Below, in pieces: positions 51,348 to 61,058 of a stretch of 64,000 nucleotides of DNA. The position numbers and the translations under genes were made by a program. This DNA is from Candidatus Hydrogenedentota bacterium. GTDB lineage: Bacteria; Hydrogenedentota; Hydrogenedentia; Hydrogenedentales; SLHB01. The DNA lies in assembly GCA_963674865.2 (NCBI GenBank), contig CAXXYE010000003.1, positions 320,001 to 384,000 of the forward strand. Reading direction: 5' to 3'. Position 1 is the first letter of the stretch. Every line of letters starts with the position of its first letter. The notes under the pieces are model-generated. The model had not been told where the DNA came from. It made no database searches and saw only the letters and a list, made by a program, of their open reading frames with translations.

Positions 51348-52160
51348 TTAGGCGCCGAGCGCCCCGGCCGTGTAGGTCAGGTCTTGTAAGGTAAGCAACA
51401 CGTCCTTCCGCTCATCCAACCCGCCCGTCAGATCTTCGATCCGGCGTATTGTCTCGTTTGCCAGTTTCTTGTCCACGAGCGCGACGATAAGCCGGCAGAA
51501 TTGCTCGGGCGCGTCGCTCCAAAAAGCGGCGAAAAGGGGCAACTTCGCCAAATAGGCGCCCGAGTTCTCCGCGTCAAGCACGACGATGGAAGTGCCCTCG
51601 ATGGCGGCGAGAACCTGCAAGATGTCCTCGAAAAGTCGCTTTTCTTGAATGAAAACGTGAAAAAGCGTCTTCTGGGGGCGTTCTTTGGCGTCGACCTCGT
51701 CACGGACGTACCGGAGGAAACTGTCATTCAGGGCGTCGGCTGTCCGGCAGCGCAAGAACTCGTCGATGGCGCCCGGAATCTGGAGTACCTGCGAAATGGC
51801 CGATAGCAGCCGGATGTGGTCGTTCGATTCCCGGGCCGGGGCCACAATGAACACGATGACCCGGGCCGCTTGGCCGTCGAGGGACGCGAAGTCCACACCG
51901 TCCGGCACCGTAATGACCCCCACCACAAACTCCTGAACGGCTTCGAGTCGGCAGTGGGGGATGGCGATGCCCTTGCCGAAGCCCGTCGAGCCCAGAGACT
52001 CACGCTCTGTCAGGGCGCGGAGGATAGCTTCCTCATCGACCTGGGCAAGGGCCGGGCACGCCCGCGCGGTCCGGGCGACAAGCCGCAGGGCCTCCTCCTT
52101 ATTCGGGATGGTTGCCCCCGGGTGGAGGCACTCTTTTCTCAAAACGTCTATGAGTTTCAT
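51348..52160 (-). CDS. PTS EIIA(Ntr/Fru)-type domain fused to a C-terminal P-II-like domain
   Basis: RESLGSTGFGKGIAIPH and DFASLDG; ~105-aa C-terminal beta-alpha-beta domain containing LPLFAAF. ATG at 52160. Confidence 0.72.
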   Translation of the reverse strand: MKLIDVLRKECLHPGATIPNKEEALRLVARTARACPALAQVDEEAILRALTERESLGSTGFGKGIAIPHCRLEAVQEFVVGVITVPDGVDFASLDGQAARVIVFIVAPARESNDHIRLLSAISQVLQIPGAIDEFLRCRTADALNDSFLRYVRDEVDAKERPQKTLFHVFIQEKRLFEDILQVLAAIEGTSIVVLDAENSGAYLAKLPLFAAFWSDAPEQFCRLIVALVDKKLANETIRRIEDLTGGLDERKDVLLTLQDLTYTAGALGA

Positions 52161-52203
52161 CGAGACGCTCCCAATCTGTGCTGCCTCCCGTGCGGCAGTG
52201 TGC

Positions 52204-52330
52204 CTAGGGGTGCGGCCGGAAAGCCACCGAATAACTGGGCAAGAGAGTCCTTGGCATTGAGACAAAAGGACTTACAAGTGCTTTCTGGCAGCATCCCACC
52301 AGGAACGGCGTTTTCAGGCCAGAAGTCCAG
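52204..52330 (+). repeat. 127-bp dispersed repeat, copy B
   Basis: CTAGGGGTGCGGCCGGAAAGC...GCTTTCTGGCAGCATCCCACCAGGAA...GTCCAG. Confidence 0.8.
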
Positions 52331-52335
52331 CGTCT

Positions 52336-52989
52336 TCACGACGCGCTATCGCCGAGCAGAGCGCAGACCGCTTCCGGGCCGCGCGCCGCAAACAGTTTTT
52401 CGCGCAACCCCTCGTTCTTGACCCGTGCGCCTATCGTGGCCAAGATGCGTAGATAGTGGGCGTGCTGCTCCTCAGCGGCGCCTACCATCACAATGAGCCG
52501 CACCGGCTTACCGTCCAGGGACTCATAGTCGGCGACACCTTCGTCGCTTTTCCCCACGGCCACTACCAGGTCGGACACCGAGGCGAGCCGTACATGCGGA
52601 ACGGCCACACCAAGACCGACACCGGTGCTCATAAGTCCTTCGCGGCGAAAGATTTCCGACCGAAACTCGGCAGGATCGCGGACCTCCGGCATCTCGGCCA
52701 AGCGATCCACCAAGGCGTTGAGCGCATCGGCCTTATTCGTGCGGCCAAACATGATTACTTGCCTCGGGGCCAGCACGTCGCCCAGTGCCACAGGCGGGAT
52801 GGTAAGGGACTCCCGCCTTCCTCCGAGGCGCTCGTCAACCCACTTCTCGATTTCAGCGCGCTTGAAGCGCCAAGAAGTACCGAGCTTTCCGCCGGGAATC
52901 TCGCCTTTTTGAGCCCAATCGTAAACGGTTCGGTCAGATACACGCAGGTACGACGCAACTTCTTCTATAGTGAGAATGTCGTGGTCCAA
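52336..52989 (-). CDS. HTH_17 DNA-binding domain + PTS EIIA(Ntr) fusion
   Basis: LTIEEVASYLRVSDRTVYDWAQKGEIPG.K...WRF; REGLMSTGVGLGVAVPH. Confidence 0.85.
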   Translation of the reverse strand: MDHDILTIEEVASYLRVSDRTVYDWAQKGEIPGGKLGTSWRFKRAEIEKWVDERLGGRRESLTIPPVALGDVLAPRQVIMFGRTNKADALNALVDRLAEMPEVRDPAEFRSEIFRREGLMSTGVGLGVAVPHVRLASVSDLVVAVGKSDEGVADYESLDGKPVRLIVMVGAAEEQHAHYLRILATIGARVKNEGLREKLFAARGPEAVCALLGDSAS

Positions 52990-53178
52990 CTGTTGTGATC
53001 CGTTTGTTTATCGATGCGATGTTGCAATGTTAGTCAATCATAGCCGTGTTTTCTTCTATATGCGATATTTTACATGATTTTCAAGATAAATGCAATATGA
53101 ATAACGATTTTCCTTTAGAATTGCGCGATTGGAAGGTGGAGCCAGTGGGCGAGGATTCTCTTTCGCCTTGGCCTTTGG

Positions 53179-54390
53179 CTACTTGCCTTGGCGAATGGCG
53201 GAGGTCTGGCAGAGGATCAGGTAGGTGCCGATCCGCATGGAGCAGAGTGTGAAGATGGCTATCCGAAGGCCAAGCGCGTTTTGGCTGAGCCAGGAATGCA
53301 GTCCAATGAGGAACAACATCATTAAGATCCGGCCGAGGGCGAGAGGCACTTCGCGCGCGCTCATATACTCGATGCGCTGGGCGGGTTCCTCAGCGGATTT
53401 CATGATGGTATCCAGGCGGAGGCTGGCGTGGGGGATCCCAAACATCGGGCCGGAGATCGAGCGCAGAAACCCGAACACGATGAGGGTGGTCAGCGTCAGG
53501 CGCGTCGCCACGATGGCGGCCCCCGCAACGAGGAAGACGGTGCCCCAGAGCATGTAGCGTTGGCGGTTCCTAGGCGCGATTGCAAGGCCCATCAAATACG
53601 CCGCGACGAGGCCGGCGATAGCCTGGAAGGAGGCCAGTCCGCCGACGCTGAGTTCATCTCCCGTTTCGAGGAAGATCAGCAGGCCGAGAAGGAACGCGAA
53701 GATGTTTTCCCGGCCGCCCTGGACGATGGTGGCCAGCATGATGAGCCGCCAATCGCGCTGCTCCTTACCGGGAAACAGTGCCCGCCGCAGGCGGAACGGC
53801 CTGGGGGTGTTGTCTCTCGGCATGGCGAAACTGAGGGCAAAACACATGGCGTACAGGACGATCACCACCCCGAACACGCGGTGGTAGCCGTCCAGACGCT
53901 CCGGAGCCAGCTTGATGACTAGCCCTCCGAGCAGGGGGGCGAATAGCCGGAATGCGCCGCGGGTGGTCTGAAGCAAACCAACGAAATACTCACGCTTTCC
54001 CTGCACGCTCACGTCAAAGTTGAACGTATTGGACGCAGCGTAGAATACGCCCCAGGTCACGCCGAGGAAGGCGCCGAGAACCACCGCGTAGTCCGGCGAG
54101 CGCTCGCGCAGGGCCAGGAGCAGGCAATAGTAGGCCAAATGCAGTACCAGCCCAAGCCGGTACATGTGCAGGCGATCCCGTGCCTGCGAATACCACCCCG
54201 CGAGAAGGAACACAAAGGGAGTGACGATGTACAGGGCCAGATAATGACGGCACACAAGGCCGAAGTCGTGGCTGTTAACCCACAGATAGACACTGACAAA
54301 GACGGCGGCGAGGGCCTGGCCGCTTCCGTAAATCCCTGTCATCAGAAGTACGACCCACGCTCGGGGATGGAGTTGCCTGCTCTTGTTCAT
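53179..54390 (-). CDS. MFS transporter
   Basis: About 12 hydrophobic segments; FVSVYLW and EY...RE..L..GR. Likely ATG at 54390. Confidence 0.75.
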   Translation of the reverse strand: MNKSRQLHPRAWVVLLMTGIYGSGQALAAVFVSVYLWVNSHDFGLVCRHYLALYIVTPFVFLLAGWYSQARDRLHMYRLGLVLHLAYYCLLLALRERSPDYAVVLGAFLGVTWGVFYAASNTFNFDVSVQGKREYFVGLLQTTRGAFRLFAPLLGGLVIKLAPERLDGYHRVFGVVIVLYAMCFALSFAMPRDNTPRPFRLRRALFPGKEQRDWRLIMLATIVQGGRENIFAFLLGLLIFLETGDELSVGGLASFQAIAGLVAAYLMGLAIAPRNRQRYMLWGTVFLVAGAAIVATRLTLTTLIVFGFLRSISGPMFGIPHASLRLDTIMKSAEEPAQRIEYMSAREVPLALGRILMMLFLIGLHSWLSQNALGLRIAIFTLCSMRIGTYLILCQTSAIRQGK

Positions 54391-54533
54391 GCTTCTTTCA
54401 TTGTCCCGTACCGGCCGGCCTCGCGCAACCTTCGCCTCGCTCGTAATCGCCGGCCGGCAGGACGGTGTCTTTGCTTCTGATGACTTGGAGCGCGGCGCAG
54501 TCGGCGACCCGGCCACCGGGCTCGCGCCGCAAA

Positions 54534-54562
54534 TTGACACGCCTTTCCTCCTTGGGTATCAT
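54534..54562 (+). promoter_or_regulatory. Sigma70 promoter of the nfnAB fusion
   Basis: TTGACA-N17-TATCAT. Confidence 0.65.
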
Positions 54563-54780
54563 TCCGCCCATCTGCCCAAACAGGTGATCCGGGCGGATGG
54601 ATTCACTTACCTGCGTGCCTGTTTTGTGTCTACGGGCGTGCGCTTGCGTTAAGAAGTGCGTCGATTTCCCACATCGCCGCGACCCGTTGGGCGTGACACT
54701 GCCCACAACAAATCATGTTACGGGCGCTTGCCTGGGCCTTGCCGCGGCGCCCCCATGCTGGATAGAGGAGAGAAGGGCCG

Positions 54781-56979
54781 ATGTTTCGTATTGTGAAGAA
54801 GGCTGCTTTGGCGGATCAGATCAAAGAGTTCGAGGTCGAGGCGCCGCTCATCGCCGCGGCCGCCAAGCCGGGCAACTTCGTCCTTGTGCGCGGCGACGAG
54901 CGCGGCGAGCGCATCCCGCTCACTATCGCCGACAGCGACGCCGAACGGGGCACCATCACGCTTGTGGTTCAGGAAATCGGCCAAGGCACACTGAAGATAG
55001 GCGCGTTCGACGAAGGCGACGCGTTTCTGGATGTGGTCGGCCCGCTGGGCAAGGATCGCGAAATCACCGGCCCCGACAAGACGGTGTGCTGCGTGTCGGG
55101 CGGCGTCGGCGTGGCGCCGATGTATCCTCAGACGAAGGCGTATCATCTCGCGGGCAATCGGGTGATCTCCATCACCGGCGCCCGCACGCAATCGCTGCTG
55201 TTCTGGCAGGACAAAATGGCGGCCGTCAGCGATGAGGTCTACTACAGCACCGATGACGGCAGCTTCGGCCATCATGGATTTGCCACCCAGATACTTGAAG
55301 GACTCATCACCAAGGGGGAGAAGATTGACGAAGTGATCGCCATCGGCCCCGTTCCTCACATGAAAGCGGTGGCGGACTGCTGCAAGGCGCACGGCGTTCC
55401 GATAGTCGTCAGTCTTAATCCCATCATGGTGGACGGCACGGGCATGTGCGGCGGCTGCCGCGTGACGGTGGACGGTGAGACGAAGTACGCCTGCGTGGAT
55501 GGGCCGGAATTCGACGGCGCTTTGGTGGACTTCGACGAACTCGTCGCACGCCAGCGGGCGTACAAGGATATCGAGAAGAAGGCCGTCCATGAGGGCGAGG
55601 GCCATTCGTGCAAGCTCGAAGAGGCCGTGTCCGATACGCCGCCGCCCGGCTTCGAGGAAGTGGCGAAGGTGTACACGGAGGAAGAGGCCGTTGCCGAGGC
55701 GTCTCGCTGTTTGGTGTGCAAGCGCCCCGTGTGTGTCGCCGGGTGCCCGGTGGAGATCGACATCCCGGGCTTCATCAGCGCCGTCAAAGAGCGTGATTTT
55801 CCCCGCGCAGCCAAAGTCTTGAAAGACAAGAACAATCTACCGGCCGTCTGCGGCCGCGTGTGCCCGCAGGAGACGCAATGCGAAGCGCGGTGCGTCCTGG
55901 GCAAGAAGGGCGAGCCCGTCTCTATCGGGAAGCTCGAACGCTTCGTGGCGGACTGGGAAGCCGCCAACCTGAAGTCGGAGCCGCCGGTTATCCAACGCAA
56001 CGGCAAGAGCGTGGCGGTCATCGGCTCCGGCCCGGGCGGACTTACCTGCGCGGGCGACCTCGCCAAGATGGGCTACAACGTCACCATCTTTGAGGCTTTC
56101 CACAAGACCGGCGGCGTGCTGCGCTACGGCATCCCCGAATTTCGCCTGCCCAATGGCGTGATTGATCGCGAGGTCGAGTACGTGAAGGGACTCGGCGTCG
56201 AGATCGAGCACAATATGATCATCGGCAAGGTACTCACCGTCGAGAAGTTGCTCGCCAACGGATTCGACGCGGCCTTCATCGCCGTGGGCGCCGGGGCGCC
56301 GATGTTCCTGAACATCCCCGGGGAGAATCTTATCGGCGTGTTCTCGGCCAACGAACTGCTGACGCGCGTGAACCTCATGAATGCCCATCGGGGCGATGAG
56401 TACGATACGCCCGTCCTCATTGGCGAGAGCGTGGCCGTGATCGGCGCCGGGAATGTGTCTATGGACGCCGCGCGCGTCTCGCTGCGCCTTGGGGCCAAGC
56501 GCGTCGCCATCGTCTACCGCCGTTCAGAGGCGGAGGTCCCGGCCCGGGCCGAAGAGGTCGAGCACGCTCGTGAAGAGGGCGTCATATTCGAGTTCCTCAC
56601 CAATCCCGTCCGAATCCTGGGCGACGAGACAAACCATGTCCGCGGGATGGAGTGCATCAGGATGCGGCTGGGCGAACCGGACGCCTCCGGCCGGCGCCGG
56701 CCCATTCCCATTCCCGACTCGGAATTCACCTTTGAGTGCGACATGGTGATTCCGGCGCTTGGAACGCAGGCCAATCCCGTTCTCACCAAGAACACAGAGG
56801 GCCTCGAACTCTCCAAGTGGGGAAACATCGTCGTGAATCCGGAGACGTGCGAAACGAACTTGCCGGGGATCTACGCCGGCGGGGACATCGTGACGGGCGC
56901 GGCGACGGTGATTGAGGCGATGGGCGCCGGCAAGATCGCCGCGCGCTCCATCGACAAGTATCTGAAGGACAAGGGCTGA
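54781..56979 (+). CDS. Fused NfnA-NfnB (SudB/SudA-type) electron-bifurcating ferredoxin:NADP oxidoreductase
   Basis: NfnA: GERIPLTIAD, VVGPLG and MVDGTGMCGGCRV..CVDGPEF. NfnB: RCLVCKRPVCVAGCP, CGRVCPQETQCE, YGIPEFRLP and GGDIVTGAATVIEAMGAG. Confidence 0.88.
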   Translation: MFRIVKKAALADQIKEFEVEAPLIAAAAKPGNFVLVRGDERGERIPLTIADSDAERGTITLVVQEIGQGTLKIGAFDEGDAFLDVVGPLGKDREITGPDKTVCCVSGGVGVAPMYPQTKAYHLAGNRVISITGARTQSLLFWQDKMAAVSDEVYYSTDDGSFGHHGFATQILEGLITKGEKIDEVIAIGPVPHMKAVADCCKAHGVPIVVSLNPIMVDGTGMCGGCRVTVDGETKYACVDGPEFDGALVDFDELVARQRAYKDIEKKAVHEGEGHSCKLEEAVSDTPPPGFEEVAKVYTEEEAVAEASRCLVCKRPVCVAGCPVEIDIPGFISAVKERDFPRAAKVLKDKNNLPAVCGRVCPQETQCEARCVLGKKGEPVSIGKLERFVADWEAANLKSEPPVIQRNGKSVAVIGSGPGGLTCAGDLAKMGYNVTIFEAFHKTGGVLRYGIPEFRLPNGVIDREVEYVKGLGVEIEHNMIIGKVLTVEKLLANGFDAAFIAVGAGAPMFLNIPGENLIGVFSANELLTRVNLMNAHRGDEYDTPVLIGESVAVIGAGNVSMDAARVSLRLGAKRVAIVYRRSEAEVPARAEEVEHAREEGVIFEFLTNPVRILGDETNHVRGMECIRMRLGEPDASGRRRPIPIPDSEFTFECDMVIPALGTQANPVLTKNTEGLELSKWGNIVVNPETCETNLPGIYAGGDIVTGAATVIEAMGAGKIAARSIDKYLKDKG

Positions 56980-57185
56980 AAGCGGGATCTTTGGCGGGGG
57001 GGGCACCCGGAGAGCACTCACGTGTTTTTCTTGACGCCAAGAGCCTTCGTGCCCGTTATTCGGCGGCTTTCCGAGTGCACCCTTAGTCGCGCCGGGGACG
57101 GCGCTTGGAACATGTTCCCTTCTTCTCCGGCATCCGTTCACATGCCCTGACGCTCTGCGTCACCCGCCCGTTGACGGGGCGCGCG

Positions 57186-58313
57186 CTATTTCCCACCTTG
57201 ACATAGCGCCTTGTGGGCTTCTTTAAGCTGGGCGCGGATGGGGATGTCTTGGGGGCATTTCTCTTCGCACGCGCCGCACTCGGTGCATGCGTCCGCCGGG
57301 AGATGCTCTTCGCGGCGCGTCTTAACCATCCGCCCGTAGGCGCTTCGCGCCGACTCCCACAGGCCATATACGCGCCCCTTGTTGTACAGGTCGAACACGC
57401 GCGGGATATCGACCCCGGCCGGGCACGGCATGCAGTACTTGCACCCGGTGCAGTACAAGTCGGCCATCCTCTTGAGTTGGTCGAGGTGTCCCGTGAGTGC
57501 CGCCTTGTCTTCCTCCGTCATGCTGACGGGATCGCTAGCGGTACGCACATTCTCCTCGACCTGCTCCATCGTGCTCATCCCCGACAGCGCGACATCGACA
57601 TTTGGATTGGCCAATACAAAGCGCAGCGCGAGTTCGGGCACGCGCTTCACGCCGGCCACAGTGTCTTGAAGTACCTCGCTAGGTTCTCCGAGCCGTCCCC
57701 CGCCCACCGGCCCCATCACGACGACGCCTATCCCGTGTTCGTGGGCGTATGCGATTCCCTCGTCGAGTTGGCGGTCGATGATGTTGTACTGGAGGGTGAT
57801 GACCTCGGGATAGCCTGTGTCGACGATCTTCTTCAGGGCCTCGTTGTCGTCGTGGAAGGAGATGCAGACGTGCTTGATCAGGCCCTGGTCCTTAGCCTTC
57901 CGCATCCACTTGCCGACGCGCGGCTCTACGTGCTCCAGGTAGCGCTTCCAACCGACGCCGTGGTTGTTGTACACGTCGATGTAGTCCACCTGGAGCCGCT
58001 CGAGACTATCCTCGAGATGCTGCCACCATTCGCGCTCGTCCTCGCAGTAAAAGTGGTTCTTAGTGGACACGATGATTTTGTCGCGCCAGCCTTTAAGTGC
58101 ATCGCCGACCGCGCGCTGGCTGTCGGCGTTGCAGTACATGATGGCCGTGTCGACGTAGTTGACCCCGGCCTCAAAGGCGCGGTGGATCATAGGTACGGCC
58201 AGCTCGCGGTTGACGCGCGCGTCCGGCCCTTCTCCGAGCATGGGCAGGCGCATCGCGCCAAAGCCAAGCCGCGATACCTTGAGTCCCGTCCGGCCGAGTT
58301 GGGTGTACAGCAT
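57186..58313 (-). CDS. Aldo/keto reductase with a C-terminal 4Fe-4S dicluster
   Basis: SRLGFGAMRLP, GVNYVDTA, LSGMS..EQVEEN, CTGCKYCMPCP and CTECGACEEKCP. Confidence 0.9.
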   Translation of the reverse strand: MLYTQLGRTGLKVSRLGFGAMRLPMLGEGPDARVNRELAVPMIHRAFEAGVNYVDTAIMYCNADSQRAVGDALKGWRDKIIVSTKNHFYCEDEREWWQHLEDSLERLQVDYIDVYNNHGVGWKRYLEHVEPRVGKWMRKAKDQGLIKHVCISFHDDNEALKKIVDTGYPEVITLQYNIIDRQLDEGIAYAHEHGIGVVVMGPVGGGRLGEPSEVLQDTVAGVKRVPELALRFVLANPNVDVALSGMSTMEQVEENVRTASDPVSMTEEDKAALTGHLDQLKRMADLYCTGCKYCMPCPAGVDIPRVFDLYNKGRVYGLWESARSAYGRMVKTRREEHLPADACTECGACEEKCPQDIPIRAQLKEAHKALCQGGK

Positions 58314-58607
58314 AACAACTCCTCAGTCTTCAGCAACAAGCAGTTTTGTGGCGGCCGTCAAGCGGAGGGTGCGGGCGAAACGGCCCTTACCGGCCCGCTG
58401 GGCGGGCACGCAAGGCATGTCACCTTTGTACGAGTAACGCCCTCAATCTGGCGCCTATTCCCGAGGGCCGTCTGCTTAAGACGCTTTGAGTGAATGGGTT
58501 AGCCGCTGCGAAACAGGGGGCCGCCTGACGGAGCATAGCGTCCGCCTCGGGGCTTCCGGCGGAGTTCCCCGCTCAAGCCGCGCCTTTCCGCGTTTCATGG
58601 GCGCGGC

Positions 58608-58734
58608 CTAGGAATGCGGCCAGAGAGCCACCGAATGACGGGGACTGAGAGTTCTGGGCGTTGAGAAAAAACGACTTACAAATGCCTTTTGGCCGCATTC
58701 CACCAGGAACCGTACTTTCAGGCCAGACTTCCAG
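58608..58734 (+). repeat. 127-bp dispersed repeat, copy C
   Basis: CTAGGAATGCGGCCAGAG...TTTTGGCCGCATTCCACCAGGAA...CTTCCAG. Confidence 0.85.
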
Positions 58735-58904
58735 GCTATTCCTTCGGCGAGAAGGAGAGTCCGTCTAGGGGATTACGCTCAAGGTCCACGAACCGCATGG
58801 AGAATCCCCACATCCCTTTGCGATTGCAGCACTTGACTCGGATGGGTGTCTCCCCGGCGGGGAGTGTCACGGGCACGGCCTCTTCGTCCCGGTTCAGGCC
58901 GTTG
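58734..58904 (-). repeat. 171-bp direct repeat: orphan copy of the 3' end of the 62061..63788 gene
   Basis: Matches 62059-62229 with 7 mismatches by manual count; encodes NGLNRDEEAVPVTLPAG...LDGLSFSP. Confidence 0.92.
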
Positions 58905-59011
58905 GTTTCATCGTCGTTTGGCCGGATCTCCCAAGGCCGCAGAACATCCTTTTCGGAAAGCAATTCCTCAACGGAACGCCCATTGTTGAGCGATGCCGTC
59001 TGCTGGTCCGT

Positions 59012-59752
59012 TCACTGTCCTGCCAGTGGTGGCGAGACCTCGGCAACGATAACAGGGATCTCGATGATAGGCTGAGCCGGACACGACGTGCTGATAGCCA
59101 GCATGCCGTTGAGGCGACGCTGGTACTTGCCTGGGGCCGCAGTGAGCTTCACACGTGTGTTCGACTCACTCACACCCTCGACCTCAACGTCCACATGTGA
59201 CATGTTGACATGAGCTGAGAGCACCTTGAATTCGGGGCCTTCAAAGGTGATTCTGACGCTGGCTTTCACCGGTTGGTTGTCCGTGACAAAGAGAGAAAGG
59301 CGTGAGGGATACCATTCAATTGGAAAACTCGCAAATCCCTGGAGTGTGACCGAGGTAAGATGAGGTGAGCCATCGGACCACATGTGGACCCGTTGGCGGA
59401 ACGTCTCCCTGGGCCTAGGCCGGAGTGCCAGACGGATCAGGGCTTCTTCTCCTTCAAGCACTTCACGCGCGTCTTCCCAATCCGAAACAACGCAAGAACA
59501 ATCTGCCTTGACGTGTGTTATGTGTAGTGGAGAATCACCTGTGTTCCGGAGACAGATAGCCGTGTGCAAGGTCCGCGATCCATCCAGACATACCTCGCCG
59601 AGATCCATGACCGGTGGCGTCATAAGCTGAAGCACGGGGCCTTTCGGGCCGCACGACAGCAGCCCGCACAACAGGAAAACCGCCAGGAAAGCGCGAACGG
59701 CACTCGCTCTCCTCTGCAAGAGGCAGGATGGATTTCTCGCGGCCGTTGTCAA
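59012..59752 (-). CDS. DUF1573-like (Ig-fold) probable lipoprotein
   Basis: Lipobox-like LLSC; DLGEV...LRNTGDSPLHITHVKADCSC; second Ig-like repeat ending IEIPV; start overlaps the upstream stop. Confidence 0.75.
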   Translation of the reverse strand: MTTAARNPSCLLQRRASAVRAFLAVFLLCGLLSCGPKGPVLQLMTPPVMDLGEVCLDGSRTLHTAICLRNTGDSPLHITHVKADCSCVVSDWEDAREVLEGEEALIRLALRPRPRETFRQRVHMWSDGSPHLTSVTLQGFASFPIEWYPSRLSLFVTDNQPVKASVRITFEGPEFKVLSAHVNMSHVDVEVEGVSESNTRVKLTAAPGKYQRRLNGMLAISTSCPAQPIIEIPVIVAEVSPPLAGQ

Positions 59753-60993
59753 CTCTTGGCCCGTATTCGCCGCAGTCCAGCCAATACAATTATTGTGAGC
59801 GCAATCGTCACTGCTAGAGAAGCTATAGCCATGATTCCGTTTCTCTCTTCGGCGCCTTCTGTCACCTCCGATATCCCCTCAGCAGGCGAATCTGAAGATG
59901 TCCGGTGTTGTCGCTCGACGAGATCATCCGATGCGGCAACGTCAATCTGCGAGGTCCCAAGTTCTCTCCCAAGCACCGTCGAAACTTCCTCCCGCGCCAT
60001 TCCGCCAACGTATCCAGAAACGCCCAGCATCTTGTTCACTAAGTAGCTCCCCGAGGGGAAGACGATCTTGAAGAGCCCTGGATCAAGCGAGTCGCTGACG
60101 TCCCATCCCTTCACGTCGATCCGCCAAGGCCCGTCGTCTTGGGCAATAACACGCACGGACTTCGTGTGCTGTGCAGCTTCCTTTGGAGGCATGGCTTCAA
60201 GCTGGACACGTGTGTAGCCGTCGAGGATCACCTTTTCCTTCGTATAATATGTCACTGTTCCGCTGACAGGAAGCCAATGCCCTTGTACCTGTTCAAGCCG
60301 GATATGGTCGACCACTTGCCGAATTCCTGTTCCGCGGGAATCGCATTCGCCCAAGGGCAGGACTTCGGAGGAATTGTAGTTCTCGATTCGCAAGGGGCGA
60401 TAGTCGCGTTTGCGGTCGAGCCAGACCTTGGACGCACGTTGATAGGGCTCTTCGGAACCGTCGGGCAGCGAGAGAAAGCCTACCACCGTGAATGCAACTT
60501 CAATACAAGGACGGCCTTCGATACGACTCTCAGTAGACAGAATCTCAAGATGCTCCGCTTCTTGGAGGCAGTCCGCCAGCGTATATCGGTCTCGATGCTT
60601 TATCGCCTGTCCCAACAGAACTCCCGGCGAATTGACGCTGTCCAGCTCGGCACCTAAGGCGCGAATCGTTCCTCCGAACGACTCTTCTTGAAAGGTGTAC
60701 ATCTGCTCGCCGTCAAACGCGTACATGTCATGAAGGGCTGTTTCCTTGCCATCATCGTAGTAGTACGTCTTGCCACGGAGGAATCCCTTTACTCCCTCGC
60801 GAGCCCACTCTCCCTCCCAGCGGCGTTGGCCTGTACTGACATTTGTGATGGCGCCGGAAGCTCGTAGCGCCGTCAGTCTACTCTCGCCTTTCGCCACTTG
60901 CTGAATGAGTTCATCAGGAGTAAGCGCATAGGAAGGGTTGGTCACTAGAATTGCTGCTACCACCGCGGCTACAACTTGAAATCGTCTGTACAT
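59749..60993 (-). CDS. Exported hypothetical protein (LolA-like/MucB-like fold suspected) with a C-terminal TM anchor
   Basis: Signal peptide (..PSYA/LT); YAFDGE, VWLDRKRDYRPLRIE, HWLPVSG and FKIVFPSG; TM segment plus RRIRAKS tail. ATG at 60993 after AGGAAGGAG. Confidence 0.65.
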   Translation of the reverse strand: MYRRFQVVAAVVAAILVTNPSYALTPDELIQQVAKGESRLTALRASGAITNVSTGQRRWEGEWAREGVKGFLRGKTYYYDDGKETALHDMYAFDGEQMYTFQEESFGGTIRALGAELDSVNSPGVLLGQAIKHRDRYTLADCLQEAEHLEILSTESRIEGRPCIEVAFTVVGFLSLPDGSEEPYQRASKVWLDRKRDYRPLRIENYNSSEVLPLGECDSRGTGIRQVVDHIRLEQVQGHWLPVSGTVTYYTKEKVILDGYTRVQLEAMPPKEAAQHTKSVRVIAQDDGPWRIDVKGWDVSDSLDPGLFKIVFPSGSYLVNKMLGVSGYVGGMAREEVSTVLGRELGTSQIDVAASDDLVERQHRTSSDSPAEGISEVTEGAEERNGIMAIASLAVTIALTIIVLAGLRRIRAKS

Positions 60994-61058
60994 GTGCGCT
61001 CCTTCCTGTTCGCTGCTTACGAGGTTGCTGCAATTCAGGGAACGAGAGGACGGCACCG

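Noticed and set aside
52336..52989. Excisionase of a mobile element
   Set aside because: The HTH_17 domain is fused to EIIA, a regulatory architecture, and there is no integrase nearby.
54781..56979. Second glutamate synthase small subunit
   Set aside because: The N-terminal NfnA module and NfnB-type motifs indicate a transhydrogenase; the real gltD is at 46669-48177.
58736..58963. 75-aa ORF as a real gene
   Set aside because: It is a chimera of island-end sequence and the duplicated gene 3' end, and is treated as a remnant.
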